A stretch of 64,000 nucleotides of DNA from Laetmonice hystrix (taxonomy: Eukaryota). Below, one piece after another: positions 53,227 to 64,000 of this stretch. Both the position numbers and the translations under genes were made by a program. The DNA is taken from positions 15,066,001 through 15,130,000 of the forward strand of contig OZ249439.1 in NCBI GenBank assembly GCA_965235115.1, read 5' to 3'. The stretch's first letter is position 1. Each line of letters begins with the position of its first letter. The notes beneath the pieces were generated by a model. It was not told the origin of the DNA, did not search any database, and worked only from the letters and a program-made list of their open reading frames with translations.

Positions 53227-54049
53227 TAGCCGATACGATCAGCCCCGGCGTTCGTTTCTCTCAGCGGGGCTGATGATATATCCATTGGAAGAAAGCGAGA
53301 AAATCCTTCTACAGGCTTTACGATGCATCTTTTGGTGCCAGTCAGTAAATATTGTACTTAGCAGTGGTGCACTAACCATTCAAATGGCGCACGACAATAA
53401 TAACTGAAGGATTACAAAAATTGTCCTGCAAGCGGTGTTTTCGCCGCTCTCCTGGACGCCATCTTCCCATAAGGTCTCTCTATCTCCGTGAGTACTTCCT
53501 CTTTCAGGGAGCATATCGTAACTATAGTCCCAACTCATCTTGAGTTGTCAAGGGGCATCACGCATTCCGCATTCTACCCCTTGAACTCAGCCCAGGCTAA
53601 ACGGCCAGAAGTTGACCTTGAGGTCGACATTATGAATATTAATAGGACCTGGCATCGTCGTCATAGACTCACCACCCACACTAAACGGGGTCCTAAACGG
53701 TCCTCACCGAAGCGAAGGCTTACTTCTAGCAAAAAATGCCTGATAGCCTTGCCCAGTTCGCGGATAAACAATTGTGTCCCTCCCTAACAATACAGTTTGT
53801 AGCACTCTGACTTGATACGGTTTAACACGCGATATTCCAAAGTTTAGCTCCCCAATTTTTGTAATCCTTCAGTTATTATTGTCGTGCGCCATTTGAACGG
53901 TTAGTGCACCAATGCTAAGTATAATATCGACTGACTGGCACCAAAAGATGCATCGTAAAGCCTGTAGAAGAATTTTCTCGCTTTTTTCCAATGGGTATGT
54001 CATCAGCTCCGCTGAGAGGAACGAACGCCGGGGCTGATCGTATTGGCTA
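53227..54049. mobile_element. Non-autonomous Mutator-like (MULE) element, 823 bp, 197-bp TIRs, 9-bp TSD
   Basis: Arms 53227-53423 and 53853-54049 are ungapped reverse complements with 12 mismatches by hand count. Flanks ggataaacc (53218-53226) and agataaacc (54050-54058). No transposase. Confidence 0.85.
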
Positions 54050-57000
54050 AGATAAACCGTCCCTGCACACGAGTTGTCTCTGTACGCTTGGCATAACAAG
54101 GGGGAAGGGCTACAGGTGCAAACGTAGATCATCCTCCGGGAAACGTCAATAACCATGCAATCTACATGATGGCCTATACCTGTGATTCTCTTTCATGGCA
54201 CAACCACCAGAGGGCGTTACGTCGTCAAAATTCCTCTACAGTTGACCGATTTCTCCACCCCATTGCATAGCCCTCGCTCTTCAGTGCAGTGCATAGGCCT
54301 ACTTAAAACTGATCTCTAAATATTAAGAAAAACGCACACACTCGTAAAGTCACCGGGGAGAAAACAATCTTCAATTATTGGTCTATTTACTTCAGGCCCG
54401 AGACTACAAATCGGCACTTCGATTCTCGGTGGACCGAGAACAGATGACTTCGTCTATCATCAGAGCGACAAAACCGTATCCAGCGTGTCTATTATACGAG
54501 ATAAGAAAATATGACCATTGAGGCTTTTTCCAAGCGATGGTTGCTTTAAAGGAAGGGACTCGACCTTTTACCATTGGCTGATTCGTTTAGAAAATGAGGT
54601 ACATCGGTTAAATTTGAAATGGTATGGGCACCACGAATGATATCGTCTTAGTGGACACGGAGAGGAATGTCAAAATATAAACATCCTTTGTCTATGTATC
54701 CTATGGACCTTTTCCCAAGGACAAAGCGACCAGTCGCCAGTCCCTGATCCAATCTGAGCAGTGAATGATGGCTCTGCTGTCAGAGCAATTATACCTCTAC
54801 AGTTAGATGTTGAACCAATAAGATCTGACTCGCCTGTAACTCCTAAATAATGCAGAAAATCTACGCATGGTCGAAAAACATAACATAATAGATTGTGAGT
54901 GGATGCTCTATACATCCGGGATATTCACTCATGAGGACCGCATTGATTTAAACATTTATATGGATTGGTAAATCACGTTGGCTGAGAACTCAGGAAGAAA
55001 TTACCAGTCAGCTGTAGCAGTATCTAGCTTCCCTTTCGAATATAAGAGACGGGTGTTGTTGGCCAGAGGATGAACGTAATAAGTGGACATATTGTTTGCC
55101 ATCGTACACCTCGACCGTCAGAGAACATTGATGACACGGGCTGGGCCTCGCAAGGCCGCGGTTACATCTCAACTGGCGTGTAGTCTAGCTTAGAGGTTGT
55201 CCCTGTCGAAAGGGAGCAGTCGGCGTTACATTACACACCCTGTCAGCACGTCGTGTTGAGGAATTCGTCGCTTGTATCCAACGGCCGGATTCTATCTGAC
55301 GCAGTTTGTGCAGACGAAACCGATGTTAGTACATGTCGGTTCAATATCCCTGAGAGATGTCTCGGCCATGTAATGTTTTCTTCTGGTGAGAAGCAATAGA
55401 TGGAATCAGCTGTGGCGGACCGATCCAATGGTCAACAACTGGGACTCTTAGTGAAAATATTTATAGGGCATTAGGAGGGTGTGGCTTCCATACAGATTCA
55501 TGCAATATATAGCGGCTGAGTACATAGACGCTTTCACGAGAATATTGGTCCTAATATGTATGGCATGATTAGGTCTGGCAGGGATCGAACTTTTGGGCTC
55601 CAATTTATCTGAAAATATGGATTTTTTTCTGTAATTTGAATAAAAATGAGTACCGGTACTTAATGATTTGTACGCTCGTGTATCCCAATATCCTAGAACG
55701 GGAGTCGATTTATTATAACACGACCAATACTCTACATACATGTACACAATTATGGTCAGACGCTGAGGATGGAGTCGGCCTAGAAAATCTACATTCATAG
55801 TGAAATCTGCGGTTCCGACATTCTAGTACAGTTGACATGAGAAACTGCATGTGAGAAGGCACCAAGGCTAAAGAAAGCGTATATCACTGGTCCAGCTATT
55901 GACAGACAGGATGACAGTGTGTCCATATGGCACTAACTTGGAGCCACCTGCAAGTGGACCCTCAAGGACAAACGTTGGAGATGACCCCTGCATTTAATTG
56001 GTCCGCAGCAGGCCCAACCCGTTATATAACAGCAGTAGCATCACCTCGAATCACCACAGAACTGGAATTTCACGCTCTTTAAAGGCAATCCGGCCACCGT
56101 TCGTATAGAAGTTCGCTGGGGCTATAATCCAACACGCTTTTATACCTAGAGAGAATCGCCAAACACTTTAGCGGTTTGTAGACAGCTTATCGGCCCTGAG
56201 AGTATACAACCAGGTTACACAGCGCCCATGTTGTCTATATATTCTTGTTTTTTTTTAAAAAGCAATCTGAAGGCAAAATTGCTTTCTCAAGTAGGGAATA
56301 ATTTCCCATCTAAAACCTGATAAAATGCTGGTGTGAAGAACTTGCTGAACACTAAGGGTGGTACCCCTAGGGCCACGGAAGCCCCTCGCCGGAGTGATTA
56401 TAACCTGTTACAACGTAATATCCAAACGTGATGTCGTAAACAATATTTTGGGAAAACTGAACTTGCAGAAAGAATTCAAGGTCAAGAAGGGTCCGCGCCA
56501 AACTTATTCAGTATATCAGTATCTCTTAACAATCTGACATTTTTGGGTCCGGTGCTCTGCAGCGTTTCCGTCTATACCCTGAGTGGGGAAGTTAAATGTA
56601 CTTGTTCCAAGTTACCTTCTGCATCATGGCGCAACATTCATTTATTTTCATTGTTCGTTTCAGACCATTTGAGTCGATAAAGAGCGCTTTCAAGGCGGGT
56701 GTCAATTATTGATCCAGTCTTGAACTAATTTCCAACTGACAACACAAAGCCCCGCCCAACCCGGAGACCTCATTCATCTGTCTCAAAGTCAGACAACCCT
56801 GAAATTACATCATCCGGGCACTTGTTGAGTGAGGAATCAACATGGCCCATCCTGACCTCGCCCTCCTCCTCCGCATACACCTCAGCTCAACCTCATCACG
56901 CCCCTCACATTTTTCCTCCAGTGTGACATCTCGTGTTGGAAACAAAAATGGGTTGTTAATACCATTCAGGCCTGTTTAAGGAGCAGTATCCCGGAAGCTT

Positions 57001-57400
57001 AATTGTGCTACCAGCATGCATGTATGGTCACAAGAACAGATGGATTTTAGATAAAAGTATATTATGAAATATTACATGTTTCCACGCAAGGACAGAATCC
57101 ATCAATACGCCTGTATGAGTACATGATTGTATGTGATATAGTTAACATAACGTTTGCAAACTACACAAAAGCGAATTCATTTTTTTATTCTACATCCGCA
57201 AGTCACCTCGGACTTCTTTCACTTTGAGGGTTTGGCTTTGGTCAGTCCTTGTCCAAACAGTATTTGGTCACCCAATACCTTGGTAATTACTGTCCGTTAA
57301 TCACTACCGCCCACAGAGAGCATGGCCAATCGCAATGGATCTGCCGGGAGGTGGCTGGCTCGGTCGGATCTTCGACGGGCTCACCGTTGTGTCTAATAGA

Positions 57401-57429
57401 GGCTGCAGCGGCTGCAGCGGCTGCAGCGG
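57401..57429. repeat. (GGCTGCAGC)x3 short tandem repeat
   Basis: ggctgcagcggctgcagcggctgcagcgg. Confidence 0.85.
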
Positions 57430-59352
57430 ATTGTCAGGGTTGGCATGGTTGTTGCAATTGAGGGTGTTGTTGGGGGTTCGTCTACGACCAGGTGGCTGTT
57501 GCGCCTTCCCGGCCCAAGCACCTAACTCCATGGCGTCCTTTACGCCAGCCCTCACCTCCAGAGGGACCCCACGCACGCCCCCCCCCCCCCCCAAATCCCG
57601 ATGACGATGACCGTAGCGTTACGGTTGCCCTTCAGTAGTCGATCATTCCGATCCTCTAGCTGATCTTTCTCAGGTTACCACATATGAAGAAGCAAGAGGC
57701 ATCGGCAAGAAGGACATTGCAGATTTCGTTAAGACTTATAGGAACCCCAGGCCCATAGCCACGGTGGGGGGACTGAGCCCCCCCCCCCCCCCCCCCCCCC
57801 GCCTTGGAAAATTTGAGCCTGTGAAGAGAACTGATACTTGAAAACGCGCAAAAACTGGACCACTGCGAACCAAAGCGGAACTTTCTAGCCAGATCTTGGA
57901 TGACGTTAGGAGATGTTATACCTGTAAGCCGGATATTGATGCTGACAAATGAGAACATTTCCCCGGGTTCCCACACTACTGACGGTAAAGTACTTGCATA
58001 CAGACGACCTTCGTCATGTTAATGATAGAAATGATCACCTGCCCATGGATTTGCTGGCGTCTGGCTGGTAACAGAAGCCAGCGAACGCCTAGAAACGCAC
58101 TGGGGCACCACATGAGCGCATCTACAGACAGAAATACAGACTCTGCCTGGGTGGCGTTTCATATCCATCCGTTAACCGGTCGTTCTTTAAAAACCCCGTT
58201 GAAGAGTCATTGGCGTTAACGAAAAGCTACCAACAGCACCCCAGCGCACGTCTGTGTGTGGGGCTGGGGGGGGGGGCATGAATAATGCCAGTAGGCGTAC
58301 TGTCGACGGGGAGGGGGCAACTACCCCTGCGCATAATATTATGATAACCTAGAATGCTCACTATTATATGCCTACATTAATGATACCCGGCGCAATTAAC
58401 TTTCAATAAATTTAAGCAACAGACCAGGATTATTTCTCCCAGACCTGTAGAGGATACACACCGTCTAACTTTATTGATAATGGGAGTTGTCTTAGCGTCA
58501 TAATTTCATCAAGTAAAACGCCGTAATATTTACCTGACATAAAAGGGGAGATCTGGCGAATAAAATTTAAAAAGAGGCTTCCTGATATTGCCACGACCTT
58601 TTGTCATTTCACTTCGGCAAGGAATCCCCGATTACGGTGACAAGTTATGTTTTTACTAGTCAGAGAAACGGCATTTCCGCGCCTAAAGAGGAAATGGTAT
58701 ATAGTTTCTTGTGGCTGGATTAAATCCGGTATCTTAACTTCTAAGTGAAGGTTCATTGCACGTTTCTGTAATCGATCTACCATTACACGTCGTATGACCA
58801 ATTCATAGCTATATTTATAATAAAAAACGATCCTGAACTTCCAACACGGTAAGGGCGGGGAGGACCTTAGGGCCACATCACATTTCTCTCTGGCTCAGAG
58901 TCGACAGGGTAGAAATAAACTGTAAGTGCATGAGACATGATAATTCCTGCCAGTCGCATACAGCGAGGTCGCTCGTGAATTATATATAGGAAGCTCTCTC
59001 AACTTCTCAAAAAACGTGCCGGGCGCCATCGGCCAGGGCCAGGCTTATCTGGCCTGTGCACCCGGACCCCTCAATCGGTGCCTTTCGCGCCGCTCAATAC
59101 CTCCAGCCTTTTAATCAACAGATAAGCACCAATATAACACCATCTACGTCGACCTCTGACCGCTGTTGCCGGCTGTTTTATCGTTTGAACCAGTATATGG
59201 ACAGACCTCTAAGGTAGTGATTTGGATATGGCAGCTTCAAACGATCCACATCCATACAAGGCTTAGTGGTTTACTTTAATATACTGACCCAGCCCGAGCG
59301 CTAACAGATTGACGTCTCTCTATAGGCCTATACCTGGCGATAAACACGATTA

Positions 59353-59576
59353 AGCCGCTTTCACATGCACACGGTTTGCGGCGTGCGGCGTGCGGCGTGC
59401 GGCGTGCGGCGTACGTTTTTGCAAAAATAGAACAACTGAAAATAGATATAACCATTCACATGTCTCCGGTATGCGGCGTGCGGCGATTACATTTGTTACA
59501 TTATTAACAAAAACGCACGCCGCATGCCGCACGCCGCATGCCGCACGCCGCACACCGTATGCATGTGAAAGCGGCT
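59353..59576. mobile_element. PIF/Harbinger MITE, 224 bp
   Basis: About 69-bp TIRs starting AGCCGCTTTCACATGCA and containing (GCGGCGT)n; TTA TSD on both sides (59350-59352 and 59577-59579). Confidence 0.9.
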
Positions 59577-60611
59577 TTATAAAGGGGAGTGTATACACGC
59601 CATGTTCCTATGCAAAATACTCCTTAAAAGTCATCGTCGATATTCTTTGGACGATGTAAGGGGTATTTTGACCATTTATATTCTCCCCTGAGACTAAAGG
59701 CTGGATTTTACATCCGATCGGCCATCCGATTGACGATAAAATGTATCTGATATTTGCGGCCGACGAAAAATATATATCTAATCTTTGACCAGCCTTTATT
59801 AAAGCAGTCTGTGTTGATGTGCCAGGGGTTTGGTCTGATACGATGCGACAACTTGTACCAGGTTTCCTACAACCTAAACTTCAAGAGTTGTAGTTGAAAG
59901 TGACGGGAATGTAAAGACTGATAGCAGCGGCAGTCCACGTCAAGTTACCAGACTGGTCTGGGAGATGTCGTAATAACAACATCTGTCACCAACAGATATA
60001 TGGCTACACCAGACTAAAATGTACGGAGATAATCGTGATAAGCTATTATTTCAAATATAACCTTTGGGGCTCTCCTGGCTCTTCAATGTCTTTGTGCTTA
60101 TCAACCCCCAGGACCCCCCCCCCCCCTCCGATCCGCTACTGAGTTTACTTGACCAGTTAAATGGTACCGGAATGATACCGCAACTTGAACGAGAGCACAC
60201 AGACATAACTATGGTATATATCTTGAACCGCCATGGGAGCAGCTTGGACCCCCATCTCAAATACCCCCTCCCCTACTGTAATAATCTACCTATTCTGTGA
60301 TACCACTACAATAGTGTCTTTCATCACACACTCTACACTGCAGAGAGGTGCAGGTAGCCTTCCCTCTCCTGCTACGAAAACAGGCGCCAGTACCTTGTTG
60401 CTGTTAACCTGATTAACATAGCCACAAGTCTAACAAAGGAAGGCACTATATGTAGTCGATAGCCCCATTTCTTTCCGGTAAAATCGCCAAGTTTTCCTTT
60501 CAACGTGCCAGCTTCTGTTCCCACGTTTCAGCCCCTTCGGTATAGCCTGGTTTAATAGGTTTCATTCGCATATCGAATAATTTCTATGCAGCTCTTTAAG
60601 TGTAGAAGTTT

Positions 60612-60728
60612 CTGGGCCGGATCCAGGAATTTGGAAAGGGGTGGTCCATGGGGGAATCTGGAAAAGAGGAGAGAAAAATTGATGCCAAAGGGGGGGGGGG
60701 CAGGACCCCCTCCCCCGATCCGTTACTG
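60612..60728. mobile_element. GGATCC-type MITE remnant
   Basis: ctgggccggatccagg ... G run ... cccccgatccgttactg; degenerate termini. Confidence 0.4.
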
Positions 60729-62279
60729 GGTTTATTTGGCCAGATAAATGTTACCAATACTTGTACGAGAGAATTTCTGCCTGTGAACCGAACATGCCAC
60801 TTTGGAGTCTGACCTCGACCCAGATAACTAACACACCAGCGGTCCTTATTCCCTGTGTACTTACACTAACCTTCCGTAAATCCAAAGGAGAGGATGCCAT
60901 TATTCGTCCGTAACCCAGAGTATATTAAGGTATTACCCCTTCCCCTCCGCCCGTGATCCCGCCCGTGCCTGGGCCGGATTCCTAAACCGACTAGCCGACA
61001 CAGAAGCCGTAAGCGGACGATGGGCAATCGGTCCCAAATGTATACGAATTGCAATGTTGGCTGTCCACACGTGGATCGTTTCCGGTTTATGGAGAGCGGC
61101 CTGAATCCAGTCTGAACAGAGGCCCACGAGGAATTAGCCCGTCTGGGAGAGGCGGGATTGGCGCTGATAGCATCTGGTTTAGTCGCTCGTTATTCACGTC
61201 TGTTGTGAATATAGTTGTTGGTCTTCATGTGTCCCGCGGTGGGAGCCATCGTGACCGCCGGCCGATGTCGGCCGGGAGACGGCAAACGTCCCGCTCGGCC
61301 GGCCCTCATTGCCCACCCTAGCCACGCACCCCTTCTTTGTATCGCCAAAACGATGGCCTCGCCAACACTGCCTTGGAGTTGCGCGTTGTTCAGGCTCGCC
61401 GCTCCCAAAGGTACCCGAATCATTTGGTCGTGATCTTTGTGCCAGTAGAGGGCTGGCACGTGACGGAATGGGTGCCGACGCTCAGCCAAGGAGCTCCCCG
61501 CAGAGATTTACAGTCTACAAGAGACAGATCAGTAGCCTTTATCAAACTAACAACGGCTTGATGCTAAAGCGGGACGTTGGGCCCCTGGGACACTTCCAGT
61601 GAAGAGGGCATCACCATAAGTACAATAAGGCGCCGGTCACAACGGCTTTCGATAACCGTACTTAACGTGCCATGAATGATAGGTCACTGACCGCAAGTCC
61701 ACAACATGGTTCAGAGCAATCACTTTATGGGCCGACGTTTGTTAGCATTCTCGAGGCATGTCTCAGGACCGCCACCCTATCAACCACCCTATCCAATCTC
61801 CCATAATACAGAGGGGCTCGCTCCACTACCCCTCTGCCACACCTGACTTTTTACGGGCAAAATCGGGCCCCTACGCGTTCAACCCCGTTTTAACAAAGTC
61901 AGCCGTCCTGTATGGTATCTGTCAAATTTAACGTACCTCTAAATCCTAAAACCGAGATTATACCAAGTGACAAACATCGTACAAGAGAAATACCTGATGA
62001 AATATTAGGAACTACATTTGCGGAGGGAAATCAGCTATAGTCGCAAGTCAGTTGGCCAATTTCGGGATGATTCGAAATACTTCGGGTGTTTCCCACTGGG
62101 TACTTCCGTTCAACATAGCGGCTGCAGATGATTTCTCCGAAGATTTAGATGTTTGTGTGGCATCATATTCTGACAGTCTGCGCCGTAAAAGTAAACAACA
62201 AGAGTGCCTCAGCAAAATCGAGCAGCCACGATTCGAGCTCGGCAATGTTCGGCTGTTCCAGTCGGGGATTTCTAGGTCA

Positions 62280-62428
62280 GGGGCCCGTCTCACTAAAGGC
62301 TGGCTAATCGTTAATTTAACATAGGAGTGAATGGAAGGCTGCTTGTTACTGTAACCAGCAGCCTTCCATTCACTCCTATGTTAACTTAACGATCTGGTTA
62401 TTAACCAGCCTTTAGTGAGACGGGCCCC
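62280..62428. mobile_element. Fully palindromic MITE, 149 bp, GGGG...CCCC termini, 6-bp TSD AGGTCA
   Basis: Arms 62280-62349 and 62351-62428 are reverse complements with 3 mismatches and one 8-bp indel. aggtca at 62274-62279 and 62429-62434. Confidence 0.88.
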
Positions 62429-62441
62429 AGGTCAGGGGTCA
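62429..62441 (+). promoter_or_regulatory. DR1-type nuclear receptor element AGGTCA-G-GGGTCA
   Basis: Exact RGGTCA N RGGTCA match; function untested. Confidence 0.3.
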
Positions 62442-63272
62442 CTCAAACAGCAGTACCCAGGTTGTGGCAGAGATTCAATGAAGTGAACGATCTCAGTCCG
62501 GAGAGTGCCACCCCATCCTCAGCCCAGCCCCTCCACCCACCCCCACCCCACCCCCACCCCCAATGAAACAAAGGGGGGTCATAGTCTGTCTGGAGTACAT
62601 GTTTCACCTATAGACCAGTCCTCGACAAACAGATGCTTTGCCAGTCCTCACTAGATATGGGGGGGGGGGGGGGGCTCTTACCTAATTGCTTACCAAGAAT
62701 ATTTTACTGAATACAGGTCACTTTTATACTGATGAAGTTTGTCGCGGTTCAATACATCCTGTGATTACGGATGGAAATCGTCAGCCAATACGTAGATGGC
62801 TTTACCTTAGATTGCCTACAATATTTGAAGAAGTGTACAGTTGAAAGGTGCCACTGGAACATTGCCTGGATGCAATCCGTCATATTGTTAATGGTTTCCG
62901 GTATTTGGATGGCGACTGCTGCTGATATTATGCGCGAATCTATCGTGTTAAATGAAGCCCTGTAGAGCCGGCTGCATGGGCTGTGTTTATTCATGATGGA
63001 GAGAGTATACCTGTCTGGTTTATACAACTCACGTCCACCCGGAAGGCCTTGTTAGCGTCTCGCCGGTTGTGGCACGATGAATAAATGGCGAACGCACCAA
63101 AGCCGGGGGCTGTGGGAAATCTAGGGGAAATGTTCTGTTCTGAGCAGGTCGCCGCCCGACACCAGCGGCCCGTTCACTGGTATTTCCCGTCCGTGTACAC
63201 GGAGATCAGGCGATTACAAGTCCCACTATACTTGGTCCCCTGTTACATATGCGACATTTTACATAGGGCACA

Positions 63273-64000
63273 ACGGCTAGCTGGCCACTAGTCAGGAATG
63301 GAATCAAGTTCATCGATCTGGATGCGATCAGGGCAGGAGTATACGGCTAGCTGACCACTAGTCAGGAATGGAATCAAGTTCATCGATCTGGATGCGATCA
63401 GGGCAGGAGTATACGGCTAGCTGACCACTAGTCAGGAATGAAATCAAGTTCATCGATCTGGATGCGATCAGGGCAGGAGTATACGGCAAGCTGATCACTA
63501 GTCAGGGGTGGAATCAAGTTCATCGATCTGGATGCGATCAGGGCAGGAGTATACGGCAAGCTGATCACTAGTCAGGGGTGGAATCAAGTTCATCGATCTG
63601 GATGCGATCGGGGCAGGAGTATACGGCTAGCTGGCCACTAGTCAGGAATGGAATCAAGTTCATCGATCTGGATGCGATCAGGGCAGGAGTATACGGCAAG
63701 CTGATCACTAGTCAGGGGTGGAATCAAGTTCATCGATCTGGATGCGATCAAGGCAGGAGTATACGGCAAGCTGATCACTAGTCAGGAATGGAATCAAGTC
63801 CATCGACCTGGATGCGATCAGGGCAGGAGTATACGGCTAGCTGGCCACTAGTCAGGGGTGGAATAAAGTTCATCGATCTGGATGCGATCAGGGCAGGAGT
63901 ATACGGCAAGCTGATCACTAGTCAGGAATGGAATCAAGTCCATCGACCTGGATGCGATCAGGGCAGGAGTATACGGCTAGCTGGCCACTAGTCAGGGGTG
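63273..64000. repeat. Minisatellite, 70-bp unit, more than 10 copies, truncated by the window end
   Basis: gtcagg(aa/gg)tg recurs every 70 bp from 63291 to 63991, with a mosaic of a few sequence variants. Confidence 0.98.

Noticed and set aside
62720-62960. FYTDE... frame resembling an RNase H or transposase fragment
   Set aside because: Only a 4-residue resemblance with in-frame stops; cannot be supported without a profile search.
437-63991. The remaining short ORFs (60-200 aa) in the track
   Set aside because: No recognisable domains, many use non-ATG starts and overlap on both strands; this is the expected background of non-coding animal DNA.

Overview
This is animal (invertebrate-like) genomic DNA with an assembly gap at 1559-1776. 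There is no prokaryotic gene organisation, rRNA, convincing tRNA or CRISPR array. One protein-coding gene is supported, on the minus strand: a class C GPCR of the GABA-B receptor family, closest from memory to invertebrate GABA-B-R3. Coding exon 1 (41853-40651) encodes a signal peptide, about 320 aa of Ser/Thr/Pro-rich extension with a furin-type RVRR site, and the start of the Venus flytrap domain. A 138-bp exon 2 (5444-5307) is not in the ORF track and lies across a 35.2-kb phase-0 intron; exon 3 was not found. The rest is non-coding. It holds six unrelated minisatellite arrays (units of 66/72, 78, 45, 28, about 31 and 70 bp) and several exact two-copy duplications. It also holds non-autonomous DNA transposons: a nested foldback element with telomere-like repeats, an 823-bp MULE-like element, a Harbinger MITE, a 149-bp palindromic MITE and GGATCC-type MITE remnants. 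All long ORFs except exon 1 are by-products of repeats. No new biological system is proven here. The best leads are the cleavable pro-segment on the receptor, RNA-processing and G-quadruplex signals multiplied by intronic arrays on the sense strand, and the nested foldback element.
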